The notes under the pieces: model-generated
What the model was told of the DNA's origin: nothing
Databases searched by the model: none
What the model saw: only the letters and a program-made list of their open reading frames with translations
IMG/VR virus record: IMGVR_UViG_3300024246_000007
Span: 1 to 52,087 of that record
Strand: one strand, 5' to 3'
Origin: a virus
Taxonomy: Duplodnaviria > Caudoviricetes
DNA: 52,087 nucleotides
Position numbers and translations under genes: made by a program
Part shown: positions 34,595 to 43,263 of the stretch, piece after piece
Layout: each line of letters opens with the position of its first letter
Position numbering within the stretch: position 1 is the stretch's first letter

Positions 34595-35814
34595 GCAAGC
34601 CCGTAAAGGTGCGTAGCGCGCCAGGTCTCATCTGGCGGCCGCGCGGCAAGGCATGGGAAGCCCGCTGGCAGGCCCGCACCGATCTCGTCAAGCGCGGATT
34701 CGGGACGAAGTCGGTGAAGCTCTGGACCGGCGCCGTCGACCCTACCAAGGAGGAATGGGACCGGATCGCCGACCGCTGCAACGAGCTGCAAGCCGATATG
34801 CTGGTGTGGGCGCGCGGCGGACTCCCCGAGGTCGGCCCGTTCGATGGCACGCTCCGATCGCTCATGCGCGCCTACAAGACCGACCCGGATTCGCAGTACC
34901 GCAAGATCCGCTACAACAGCCGCGTCCACTACGACGCCCTTATGTCGCTGATCGAGACCGAGCACGGCGACAAGTTGTTGGCCGATCTGAAAGGCCGTAC
35001 CTTCAGTCGCCTGCACGAGGACTGGACTGCCGGCGGAAAGATCGCTATCGCGCATGCGAAGATGGGCATGCTGCGGACGCTGTTCAGCTTCGGCGCGACC
35101 CTCCTGGAGGACGATGATTGCGGGCGCCTGTCTGGCATCCTGAGCAAGATGCGCTTCGCCATGCCCAAACCCCGCACGGAGCGCCTGACAGCCGCCCAGG
35201 CGGTCGCCATCCGATCCAAGGCCCACGCGCTCGGACGTCCCTCGATCGCGCTCGCCCAGGCAATCCAGTTCGAATGCATGCTCCGGCAGAAGGACGTCAT
35301 CGGGGAATGGGTACCGATCCGGGAACCGGGGATATCGGACGTCCAAGCCGAAGGCCTGAAATGGCTCCGCGGCATCCGCTGGGAAGAGATCGACCAGAAC
35401 ATGGTCCTGCGGCACGTCACCAGCAAGCGGCAAAAGCTGATCGAGATCAGTCTGAAGAATGCACCGATGGTGCTGGAAGAACTAAACAATTTTCCCAAAT
35501 ACCGGGAAATTCGGCAATTCGGTCCGATCATCGTTTCAGAGTGGGACAATCTGCCTTGGACCGGGCCGGAGTTCAGGCGCTGGTGGAGGATCGTTGCGGA
35601 CGCCGCTGGCGTGCCCAAGACGGTCAGGAACATGGACAGCCGGGCCGGCGCGATCAGCGAAGCCACGGACGCTGGAGCCGATCTGGAGCACGTACGGCAT
35701 GCCGCCACCCACTCCAACATTTCGATGACGCAGCGATACAGCCGCGGCGCCGAGGACAAGATCGCGAACGTCCAGATTGCCCGAATGGAGCACCGGAACA
35801 AGCCGAAAACGTGA
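34591..35814 (+). CDS. int: Tyrosine recombinase / integrase
   Basis: 407 aa; 'MLRQKD', 'TSK', 'MDSRAG', 'ATHSNISMTQRY'; GGAGG RBS, ATGA coupling. Confidence 0.9.
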   Translation: MSKPVKVRSAPGLIWRPRGKAWEARWQARTDLVKRGFGTKSVKLWTGAVDPTKEEWDRIADRCNELQADMLVWARGGLPEVGPFDGTLRSLMRAYKTDPDSQYRKIRYNSRVHYDALMSLIETEHGDKLLADLKGRTFSRLHEDWTAGGKIAIAHAKMGMLRTLFSFGATLLEDDDCGRLSGILSKMRFAMPKPRTERLTAAQAVAIRSKAHALGRPSIALAQAIQFECMLRQKDVIGEWVPIREPGISDVQAEGLKWLRGIRWEEIDQNMVLRHVTSKRQKLIEISLKNAPMVLEELNNFPKYREIRQFGPIIVSEWDNLPWTGPEFRRWWRIVADAAGVPKTVRNMDSRAGAISEATDAGADLEHVRHAATHSNISMTQRYSRGAEDKIANVQIARMEHRNKPKT

Positions 35815-35886
35815 TGACTGACCATGACTGACACGGGTATAGCAAAATCAATCGGTTATGGACCGTTAATCTTAACGCCCTGTTTC
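35814..35886. other. Candidate attP region
   Basis: Intergenic, directly after int; tandem ATGACTGAC (35814, 35824); AT-rich core with TTAAC-GCCCT-GTTT. Confidence 0.45.
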
Positions 35887-35952
35887 GGTACAGGTGAGCA
35901 ATTTCAAGGGCCTCGTCAGCTATCGGGGCGGCGAGAAAACGCAGGAGACGGT

Positions 35953-36144
35953 ATGGCAAGCCTAGAACCTCAGACGATCAATGACCAAAATTGGTACTAT
36001 GAATATCCGACGTATCTCCTTCTGGTCCATGAAGTCAGGAGGGATGATGGGACTCATATTCGAACCGACACGGTCAAGATCTATTGGCGGAAGATCGAGG
36101 CTTCATTGGCTCGTCGGCATAAGCCGAAGGCAAGGAAGCGGTGA
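35953..36144 (+). CDS. Hypothetical protein
   Basis: AGGAG RBS; 63 aa. Confidence 0.55.
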   Translation: MASLEPQTINDQNWYYEYPTYLLLVHEVRRDDGTHIRTDTVKIYWRKIEASLARRHKPKARKR

Positions 36145-36154
36145 CGGCAAGTAA

Positions 36155-36334
36155 ATGAAACTTTTGGATGACGACCAGGACAACAGCCAAGCGTTCGCTC
36201 AGCAATGGGCCTGCCGACTCTGTAGCGAGCGTTTCACCTTGGGCGAGATGTTGCCGGGCAAGACGTGGCTCTCTCCAATGAGGTGCCCGTATTGCAAGAG
36301 CGATGAGACGTTCCGTGAAGGTCACTTCCATTAA
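36155..36334 (+). CDS. 59-aa zinc-ribbon protein (not in ORF track)
   Basis: CRLC...F...RCPYC.S. Confidence 0.55.
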   Translation: MKLLDDDQDNSQAFAQQWACRLCSERFTLGEMLPGKTWLSPMRCPYCKSDETFREGHFH

Positions 36335-36366
36335 CGCGTCGTCAACGCCACTTTTAGGAGAGAGAC

Positions 36367-36585
36367 ATGGACCCGTTTAGATCGCGCCAGAAACGAGATG
36401 CGGTGAAGGCGGCTGAGGCCGAAGGAAAGGTGGCCGACAGCATGGACTATCGAATGGCGCTCATGGAGCGCGTGCATAAGGGCGAGATAACCCTGGAGCA
36501 GGCGCAGGCCGAATTGAAGAAGGTCAAACGCAATGCCAAGAAGAACGGAATGACCACGCGCAATTCCGTCTTTGTCCATTCTTAA
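36367..36585 (+). CDS. Small basic helical protein
   Basis: AGGAG RBS; 72 aa. Confidence 0.6.
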   Translation: MDPFRSRQKRDAVKAAEAEGKVADSMDYRMALMERVHKGEITLEQAQAELKKVKRNAKKNGMTTRNSVFVHS

Positions 36586-36611
36586 AAACAGCGCTCATAG
36601 GTAGTTAAAGC

Positions 36612-36836
36612 ATGTCCGATGCCGAGTTGAACAAGGCGCTGTACGACGAGGATCGCTCTATGCCAGAGCCGAAACGGTGGTATTGGGGCCGCGACTACGG
36701 CAAGGACCTGCTTGAAGATATCAACCAACTCGCTCATTATCGGGGGACAGGCTGCATCCACCGGGATTGTTTGCAGCGAGCGCACAGAGAGATTCGGCGA
36801 CTGCGCAACGCCATTAATCAACAGGAACCAAAATGA
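36612..36836 (+). CDS. Hypothetical protein
   Basis: 74 aa. Confidence 0.5.
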   Translation: MSDAELNKALYDEDRSMPEPKRWYWGRDYGKDLLEDINQLAHYRGTGCIHRDCLQRAHREIRRLRNAINQQEPK

Positions 36837-37108
36837 AAACGATGTTTTGGCTACTTGTCATGTGCTCTGCCGCCTTCGCTCAGCCACGGCAGGGCACATG
36901 CGTGTTGCCGGATGGATCAACCGCATGGACTTCAAATGAGGAAAATTGTGCGAACCAGAGCGGAATTTTTCATCCAATTTCACCGCTTTGGAGTGGTGGC
37001 CCGACTCCCGGAACCACCTCAACATCGATGCCAAAATGTCCTGATGGATATCAACTTGTCGCCACACCGCGACCGATGTGCGCGCGAGATCTACGCGAAC
37101 CGGAATAG
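36833..37108 (+). CDS. Small secreted Cys-containing protein
   Basis: Signal peptide MKTMFWLLVMCSAAFA; four further Cys. Confidence 0.55.
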   Translation: MKTMFWLLVMCSAAFAQPRQGTCVLPDGSTAWTSNEENCANQSGIFHPISPLWSGGPTPGTTSTSMPKCPDGYQLVATPRPMCARDLREPE

Positions 37109-37136
37109 TTTCCTTTTCATCACACAAGGGGATACC

Positions 37137-37418
37137 ATGAGCGAGATATTTGGAACGCCGGAAGAGACCGCGAAGTGGATTGACGAGCGGATCGTCCAGA
37201 TTCGCCAACAGCTCGAGGCCGAAAAGCTCGCTACCCATGAGCGCTGTGTGAGGATCGAACAAGATTCAAGGCAACGGATCAGGGACGCTGAGCGAGACTT
37301 CTATGATCGCTGCGCGCCGATGCAACGGGAGCTTGACGAACTCCTGAAGGTCGCCACTATCAAGCATGCCTATTCTCCGATCCCTCCGATGATCGTCCCG
37401 GCAAAGGACTTCCCCTAA
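37137..37418 (+). CDS. Coiled-coil hypothetical protein
   Basis: AAGGGG RBS; 93 aa. Confidence 0.5.
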   Translation: MSEIFGTPEETAKWIDERIVQIRQQLEAEKLATHERCVRIEQDSRQRIRDAERDFYDRCAPMQRELDELLKVATIKHAYSPIPPMIVPAKDFP

Positions 37419-37420
37419 CG

Positions 37421-37600
37421 ATGACAGAGCGCCAACCCATTTGCCCGGCTTGCGGCGGCCCAACTCACAGGCAGGGAATGCACTGCGCGGCATGCCTGGA
37501 GGCCTACATGGAGACCATGACGCCGGCTGACTGGCAGAGCGCACTTGGAGAGGTCATTGACCGAATAGTTGGCGCTGACGGTGAGATGGCGAGGGAATGA
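37421..37600 (+). CDS. 59-aa zinc-finger-like protein (not in ORF track)
   Basis: CPACG...CAAC. Confidence 0.5.
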   Translation: MTERQPICPACGGPTHRQGMHCAACLEAYMETMTPADWQSALGEVIDRIVGADGEMARE

Positions 37601-37839
37601 TGGGCGCGACAATCATCTTGGGGCCACAGGCTGCTGCGGAGACCGTCTGCCACGAGGAGCAGCTTCGGATCTGGGCAGATGACCACATCATCGGCGCGCT
37701 CGCCCAGGAAGGATACTTCCGCGATGATCTGTCTTACGACGACAAGATCGACATTGAGCGGATCGTCATGCGCGAGATCAAGAGCATCATCGAGAGCGCT
37801 TTCGACCATCCAGAGGCGCGGACAATCAAACGGCGCTAA
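37597..37839 (+). CDS. Hypothetical protein
   Basis: 80 aa, ATGA coupling. Confidence 0.5.
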   Translation: MMGATIILGPQAAAETVCHEEQLRIWADDHIIGALAQEGYFRDDLSYDDKIDIERIVMREIKSIIESAFDHPEARTIKRR

Positions 37840-37861
37840 TAAGCTATGACGGAGAACAACG

Positions 37862-38050
37862 ATGAAGACCTTCGAAGCAGGAACGCAAGCAATGATCGAT
37901 GCCGATAGGGAGGCTGGACACCTCGGCTCCGAAGATCCAAATTGGGGAAGGTACGAGGTAATGTTTCGGGCGGCGCTGCTCGTAGTGAAAGATCGGTTTG
38001 GTGGAGCTCCGGAAGCCGCTATAGATAGAGTTCTTAAAGGTGAATTGTAG
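37862..38050 (+). CDS. Hypothetical protein
   Basis: GGAG RBS; last plus-strand gene of the array. Confidence 0.5.
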   Translation: MKTFEAGTQAMIDADREAGHLGSEDPNWGRYEVMFRAALLVVKDRFGGAPEAAIDRVLKGEL

Positions 38051-38439
38051 ATCACCCACGATCGAATACCGCTATCAGGATGAGGATCAGGACGGTGTAG
38101 GCGACGATGCCCATCGTTTTCGCTCCCTCTGATCAGCGATCCAGCCACATCCAACCCACAGCAGCCACAACGGCGCCAGCACGATCGCAGCCAGGATCAT
38201 GAGCCAGCGAACGAGGTTGAGCAGGATCATATGCCTACCGTTGCGCCTCGGGCGACGAGGTACCCGATCAGCAGCAGGCCGATCGCGGCTGGAATCGCGA
38301 TATTGAAGATAAAGTACCCCATCAGATTGCTCCGTTGAGAACGCTGAAGAACCCCCATAGGCCAGCTATAGCACCGATGAACATGGCCCAAGCGCAGATC
38401 TGCGCTTCCTCGTCGGTCCACTTGTCATAGGGCCTCATG

Positions 38440-38634
38440 TCAGTGACACTGCTCGATCTCGTAACCGTTTGTTGCTTGCTTCAGACAGCGCTCATGGTCT
38501 TCGACGTATGTTCCTCTGGACTCGATAACCATCCCGACAATGGTGATGAGAGCGAGCGCGCCGACAAGAGCAACGACTCCCTCGATCGCATGGGCGATAA
38601 CGTTCCTGACAGCCTGCCAGGGATCATCTATCAA
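38440..38634 (-). CDS. Small membrane protein
   Basis: One TM helix, GGAGG RBS. Confidence 0.5.
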   Translation of the reverse strand: MIDDPWQAVRNVIAHAIEGVVALVGALALITIVGMVIESRGTYVEDHERCLKQATNGYEIEQCH

Positions 38635-38984
38635 AACGGCCTCCTATGTATTCTCCACCATCCTGATCTTGCGGCCTGATAGCCGTGCCCGCTGCTCGGT
38701 GGAGCCCGCAGATGAAGAGAAATGACGTTAACACCAAGGATCAGGTCACCAAACCCTATCAGGCCGACGTCAAACAAGGACGGCTCCCAAAGCCATCCTT
38801 GGCAATAGATCGTTGCGCACAGGAATAGTTCGGCGCCTGTAAACGATCCGCGGCGCGCCCACCTCACCCAATGCGGATCAAGGTTGTTGATCCTGTCGTT
38901 GTCGACTTGCCGGATGACATACTCAAGGATACCGATTTCGATGATTGCGAGGATGTCATACGCTGTAGCGATGAGACTATTCAT
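38631..38984 (-). CDS. Membrane protein, lysis region
   Basis: About 3 hydrophobic segments; coupled to the holin-like gene. Confidence 0.55.
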   Translation of the reverse strand: MNSLIATAYDILAIIEIGILEYVIRQVDNDRINNLDPHWVRWARRGSFTGAELFLCATIYCQGWLWEPSLFDVGLIGFGDLILGVNVISLHLRAPPSSGHGYQAARSGWWRIHRRPF

Positions 38985-39282
38985 TTTTGGTTCTTTCGAA
39001 CGGTTTCCATGTCCCGGCGAAGAACTTGTCTGCTTGGCGGCATATTCGAAAGCCGCCCATGCCGACCATGAAAGCGATTAAACCCTCTGGGAATTGGTTC
39101 AGTAGCCTCAACACTTGCGGCGTGAAAAAGTTCGCTGCGAGGCCGCCAACCACGATATATCCGATGATTTCCCACGGTCCCGCTTTGCGGACGAGGATTG
39201 CGTGAACGATACCGCCCGCAAATCCTGCGATGAGATAATGAATGTTGATGTCGAAAAAGATGGCATCAAGCATTCGCCCCAC
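38977..39282 (-). CDS. Putative holin
   Basis: 101 aa, 3 Gly-rich TM helices, basic C-term. Confidence 0.55.
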   Translation of the reverse strand: MGRMLDAIFFDINIHYLIAGFAGGIVHAILVRKAGPWEIIGYIVVGGLAANFFTPQVLRLLNQFPEGLIAFMVGMGGFRICRQADKFFAGTWKPFERTKNE

Positions 39283-39760
39283 CGTTGGCCATAGCTTCCA
39301 AAGTGCTAGTCAACCAATAGAGCATCGTCGGGGTGATGCGACCGGCCGGAACCTCCTTGTTTTCGGGTAGCAGTTTGCAGGCAAGAAGCCCCGTAGCAAT
39401 GAACTGAGTGCATTCCCATGCGCCAGGCTCATGCCAGTTTCGACTGGCGAACGGCCCCCAAAAGTATGTCACTGCAATGGGATCGTAGGGCTCATGGAGG
39501 TGGCTGCGCAGAAACGCGACGAAGGCAGTGGCCTGCTCTTCGGTGGCCTTCAGACGGACGAATAGTTCACGCCTGAATCCAGTATCATAGCCGGGCTTGA
39601 ACTCCTGCACGCCGCCGAGGAGATGGGCTCCAATATAGGTTCCTTTGTCGCTCACCCCGTCTACATGCGACAGCTCGGAACCGTATTGGGCAACGCCGAT
39701 CAGCTTCGTAAATACCCCGGCTTCCTGTTCCACAAACCGAAGCGTGATGAACGTAGTCAA
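39266..39760 (-). CDS. Permuted papain-like (YiiX/NlpC-P60-type) enzyme
   Basis: 'SHV' near the N-term, 'PYD', 'WECTQF' catalytic Cys, 'ITP..L'. Confidence 0.65.
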   Translation of the reverse strand: MTTFITLRFVEQEAGVFTKLIGVAQYGSELSHVDGVSDKGTYIGAHLLGGVQEFKPGYDTGFRRELFVRLKATEEQATAFVAFLRSHLHEPYDPIAVTYFWGPFASRNWHEPGAWECTQFIATGLLACKLLPENKEVPAGRITPTMLYWLTSTLEAMANGGANA

Positions 39761-39972
39761 AATATTAACTTCGTTCGGAATAGACTGCTTTCAACCATCT
39801 GTAGAGCCCCCTAGCTCTGTGGGTGGCCAGACCTGACCTAACCGTTTCGACCGGTTGGGTTGGGTCGCCTCAACAATTCCGGCAAATACTTGGCGGTGCC
39901 GGCTCAGCCGGCGGTAGAGAACAATCAGTTACACCACTCACATAGCGGCATCCAGCGGGAACGTCTGTTGAG

Positions 39973-40416
39973 CTATTTGCTGAGCCTTGTCTGAAACCCG
40001 CTGCTGGAGATGAATCCCAGCCCTCCACCGAATAGAGCCTTCTCGGCGACGATCAGGATAGCAATCAGCGCGATGGCTCCGATCACATACTTGATGGGGA
40101 CGGCAAGGTTGGCCGGCGCCAGAAAGTCCACGACCATATAGATGATGTAGAGCACCACCATAACCACGATAAGTCCGATGGCAAACTCGATCACAGCAAG
40201 GGGTGTTACGGACATCCCGCCTCCACCCCCACCGAACAGAACACCCTTGATGGCGACCAGGAACACAAGAAGAGCTGTCCCTCCGACCGCATAGCGCGCG
40301 ATCAGCTTGAACCGCTCATCCGGAGCGATGAAGTCGAGAGCCAGAAAAATCAGGTATACAATGATGCAGAGGCCAACTACAGCAATCAGGAAGTCCATTA
40401 AAGCGCTGCCAGTCAT
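39973..40416 (-). CDS. Four-TM membrane protein with internal duplication
   Basis: Two halves each '..DF.AP...YA/V.G..AL...L...K..LFGGG'. Confidence 0.65.
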   Translation of the reverse strand: MTGSALMDFLIAVVGLCIIVYLIFLALDFIAPDERFKLIARYAVGGTALLVFLVAIKGVLFGGGGGGMSVTPLAVIEFAIGLIVVMVVLYIIYMVVDFLAPANLAVPIKYVIGAIALIAILIVAEKALFGGGLGFISSSGFQTRLSK

Positions 40417-40593
40417 GACTATTTCTCCTCTTCAATCGTGATGCGATACCGTTTACCTGCCTTCAAGTTGAATTTCTCCCTGAGCACATTGAACCATGCT
40501 TCTTGCGGCTGTCTTTCTGAGTGATCAGAGATCAGGAACTTGATAATTCCATTGTTGATTATCGGCTCTTGGCACTCCCCAGATAGCTTCATG

Positions 40594-41040
40594 TCAGTGC
40601 TTCAGGTAAACGGCAATGGCCACGCCAGCCATCAACAAGCTCAGAGCCCATCCAGCTAGAGCATTCATTCCGACACCCTTTCCGGTTTGCGAAGAGACAT
40701 ACGCCTTGAGAGGTTCGATATCCTTGTTGGTCGCGTACATACCTCGCTCATTGTTGATCTGCTCTCTGAGATCGTTTGCCTTTTCGTCCTTGTAGCTCTG
40801 GATTTCTCGAGCAAGCTGGAGCGCGGCGAGATCGGCAGTTTCCTTGATCTTCAGCGCTTTCTCACGCTCGATATTGACTTCAGCATAACGTCGATCGCGC
40901 TCGTTCAAAAAACGTTCGTTCAGCATGAGGATGGTTTCGAAGTGCTCCTTTAGGGTAACTGAACTGAATCTGTCTTTCCCAGTCACTTCACAACTCGCCA
41001 GTGGATTCCGTACTTGATCGCGCAAGCCTTCGCGATCCAT
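40594..41040 (-). CDS. Coiled-coil protein with C-terminal TM anchor
   Basis: 148 aa; start uncertain. Confidence 0.55.
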   Translation of the reverse strand: MDREGLRDQVRNPLASCEVTGKDRFSSVTLKEHFETILMLNERFLNERDRRYAEVNIEREKALKIKETADLAALQLAREIQSYKDEKANDLREQINNERGMYATNKDIEPLKAYVSSQTGKGVGMNALAGWALSLLMAGVAIAVYLKH

Positions 41041-41155
41041 ACCTTTGAAACCGAAGTTGACGCAACGATGGGCGCCGGCACCTCATAGATGCGCGTTCGA
41101 TCAAGGTTGGTTATGTCTATGCCTGGAAACAGCGTGGCAAGGAAGAGGGCACAGC

Positions 41156-41650
41156 TCATCTACGGAACGCCTTGGAGGCTATCACGAGCGCGGCGCTCGG
41201 GGGGCCAACATAGAATAGCGCTTGCAAGATGGCATGTTCAGTATCCTCGAATCGACCAGGCAACGTTGCCACCTTCCATGATCCAACGACGTGAGGCTGC
41301 CATTCTAGCCATGGCAAGATATACCACTTCATCATTGGTACTAGGTGCCAACTAGTCGAATCCATTACGATCATAGCAACATGGAAGGCGAAGGCCATCG
41401 CGATCACAAAACAAGCAAGACCAAATGGGCCCCAAGTTCCTTGGCTCTTTTGAACATCAGCTCGTATCTGAGCAGACTGTACCGATGCTTGAGCAGTAGT
41501 GGTCGCAAGTTGATTTCCTGCGTCATTCTCATTCTTGAACCTAGTCGTATTATCTGCGTGAACATCAGTTATAGTTTTGCTAACTGTTCCAAGTATGAGA
41601 TTGAGACCGCTCAATGCTGCACTTCCCAATAGTTGGGCGATCCAATTCAT
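41156..41650 (-). CDS. Membrane protein, holin-like
   Basis: 164 aa, several hydrophobic segments, downstream of the endolysin. Confidence 0.5.
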   Translation of the reverse strand: MNWIAQLLGSAALSGLNLILGTVSKTITDVHADNTTRFKNENDAGNQLATTTAQASVQSAQIRADVQKSQGTWGPFGLACFVIAMAFAFHVAMIVMDSTSWHLVPMMKWYILPWLEWQPHVVGSWKVATLPGRFEDTEHAILQALFYVGPPSAALVIASKAFRR

Positions 41651-41651
41651 T

Positions 41652-42137
41652 TTATGCCGCCTTTGCTTCCGTCACTGCGGCGACCGCCTCCGTCTTTGTC
41701 GCGTCAGCCATCGCGATAGCTTCCGCGATCTTCGGCGTGATGGACTTTTCTGGTACTTCGATCAACTCGACAGGCTTCGTTGTCCGCTTGCGCAGCCATG
41801 AGATCAGCAGGCCAATACCCGTGATCATGGCGGTTCCGGCAATGCCGCGCATATCCTGTGGGACATGGGCAAAGTCGAAAATCCGCGTTGTCAACGGCGT
41901 CAGGTCGAGACTAGCGAATGCCACTGCCAGGGTATCGTAAGCCGTGACAAGCCCGGCGCCGATCGACAGAAGACGACCTATTAGCAGCGTCTCAGACTTG
42001 CGATAGAGCGCGATCTCGGCAGGCTCGATCCACGAAAAGAAGCTCTCTGTCGGCGGCTTTGTCTTCAGCCACGCCCGGCCGATGATCGCGTACCAGAGGA
42101 GGATGGCAATAATGATTGCTGTGATGCTGACAATCAT
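41652..42137 (-). CDS. Membrane protein, lysis cassette
   Basis: MIVSITAIIIAILLWY..., further TM, 'LRKRTTKPV'. Confidence 0.55.
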   Translation of the reverse strand: MIVSITAIIIAILLWYAIIGRAWLKTKPPTESFFSWIEPAEIALYRKSETLLIGRLLSIGAGLVTAYDTLAVAFASLDLTPLTTRIFDFAHVPQDMRGIAGTAMITGIGLLISWLRKRTTKPVELIEVPEKSITPKIAEAIAMADATKTEAVAAVTEAKAA

Positions 42138-42141
42138 TGTT

Positions 42142-42303
42142 TTAGGCCTTTGCCGAGAAACTGGCCTTGATGGCGCGGGCCTTGGCCTCAAGATTGCGGA
42201 CAAACGTTTCTGTTCCGACAATCATGTGAGTGATAGGGTCTTTAGCAAACCAGACGACAGCGCCGCCGACCATCGCTGCGAGACAGTGCGTGAGAATATT
42301 CAT
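42142..42303 (-). CDS. 53-aa single-TM protein (not in ORF track)
   Basis: ATGA overlap with the endolysin stop; MNILTHCLAAMVGGAVVWF. Confidence 0.45.
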   Translation of the reverse strand: MNILTHCLAAMVGGAVVWFAKDPITHMIVGTETFVRNLEAKARAIKASFSAKA

Positions 42304-42989
42304 GACTTCCTTCCGAATAGGCGTGTGAAGAGAGACGCGATGAAAGCGCCGATACTGCCCTTGGCAGGGTTGGTGATTGAAGGCGGTACTTCAGAATGAA
42401 CAGGCGGCATGATAACCGGATTTGCACCACCGAGACGCACCGAGACATCCATGGTCGACATGGCCATGATCAGGCCGGCGCAGCCGAGCTGCGTATCGAC
42501 GACCTTTGGATCGAAGACGCCATCTCTCACATATTTTCCGCTGCCATACTGATCTGTCCCGGCCCACACATAGGGTGACGGAAAGCCGCGGTTGGCATAT
42601 CCGAGACCGTTGTATTCCTCCAAAAGCGTCAACGTTCCGCCAGCGCTCCAATCCCTGTTCAGCGCGGCGTGCGGAGCACAATTGACTAGAGCGTCAAAGG
42701 CACCGTCTTCCCATGTCGCGAAGGGGCCACGGCCGATCGGGACATGAACCGAGACTTGATCGAGCGGGTCACCCTGCCCGAGTTGGGTGTTCCAATGCTG
42801 CGATGCTTCACGCTCATGAACGACAGCTATGAAGAACCACGGAACGCCTGTTTTGGCTGAAACAGCGACGTAGCGGGATTTCGCGGCCGGTGCCACCAGC
42901 CGCTTCGCTACCGCAGTAAAATCCCGTGTTGTCTTGGCATTTGCCCAGCGTCTCGCGTTCGCCGCCTTGAGCGCCGTCAGATCGGTCAT
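42300..42989 (-). CDS. Endolysin, lysozyme-like (COG5526-type)
   Basis: 'VVHEREAS...GQGDPL...LEEYNGLGY...PSPYVWAGT.QY..GKYVRDG.FDP..VD.QLGCA'. Confidence 0.8.
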   Translation of the reverse strand: MTDLTALKAANARRWANAKTTRDFTAVAKRLVAPAAKSRYVAVSAKTGVPWFFIAVVHEREASQHWNTQLGQGDPLDQVSVHVPIGRGPFATWEDGAFDALVNCAPHAALNRDWSAGGTLTLLEEYNGLGYANRGFPSPYVWAGTDQYGSGKYVRDGVFDPKVVDTQLGCAGLIMAMSTMDVSVRLGGANPVIMPPVHSEVPPSITNPAKGSIGAFIASLFTRLFGRKS

Positions 42990-43065
42990 ACCTTCTCCGT
43001 TGCACCACCCTTGCTCGCTGCAAGGTTGCGGTGCTATGATGATGCCTGTATTGAGGAATTTTCAG

Positions 43066-43263
43066 ATGAAATCTTGGAAAGATGTTCTGGCCGCCGTTGC
43101 GGCCGTCACGGTCGTTAGTGTCGGCATCGCCTGTTCGAGATTTGCTGCAGAGCCCATGCGCGGCGGCCTCATGGTTGCCCATGAGGAACCGGTTCATTTG
43201 CTGCCGGCATGCGATTACTATCCGCACGGCCTGAATGGCGAACCGTGCGTGAATGGGCCCTAG
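43066..43263 (+). CDS. Opposite-strand small exported protein (moron-like)
   Basis: GAGGA RBS, hydrophobic N-term ending IAC, promoter-like TTGCTC-18-TATGAT upstream. Confidence 0.5.
   Translation: MKSWKDVLAAVAAVTVVSVGIACSRFAAEPMRGGLMVAHEEPVHLLPACDYYPHGLNGEPCVNGP

Noticed and set aside
34495-35834. Long overlapping ORFs on both strands of int
   Set aside because: Alternative-frame shadows of the integrase gene
28860-38050. Classical integron with attC sites
   Set aside because: No long attC hairpins between genes, and the integrase was not recognisable as IntI; only short simple-site-like motifs were seen
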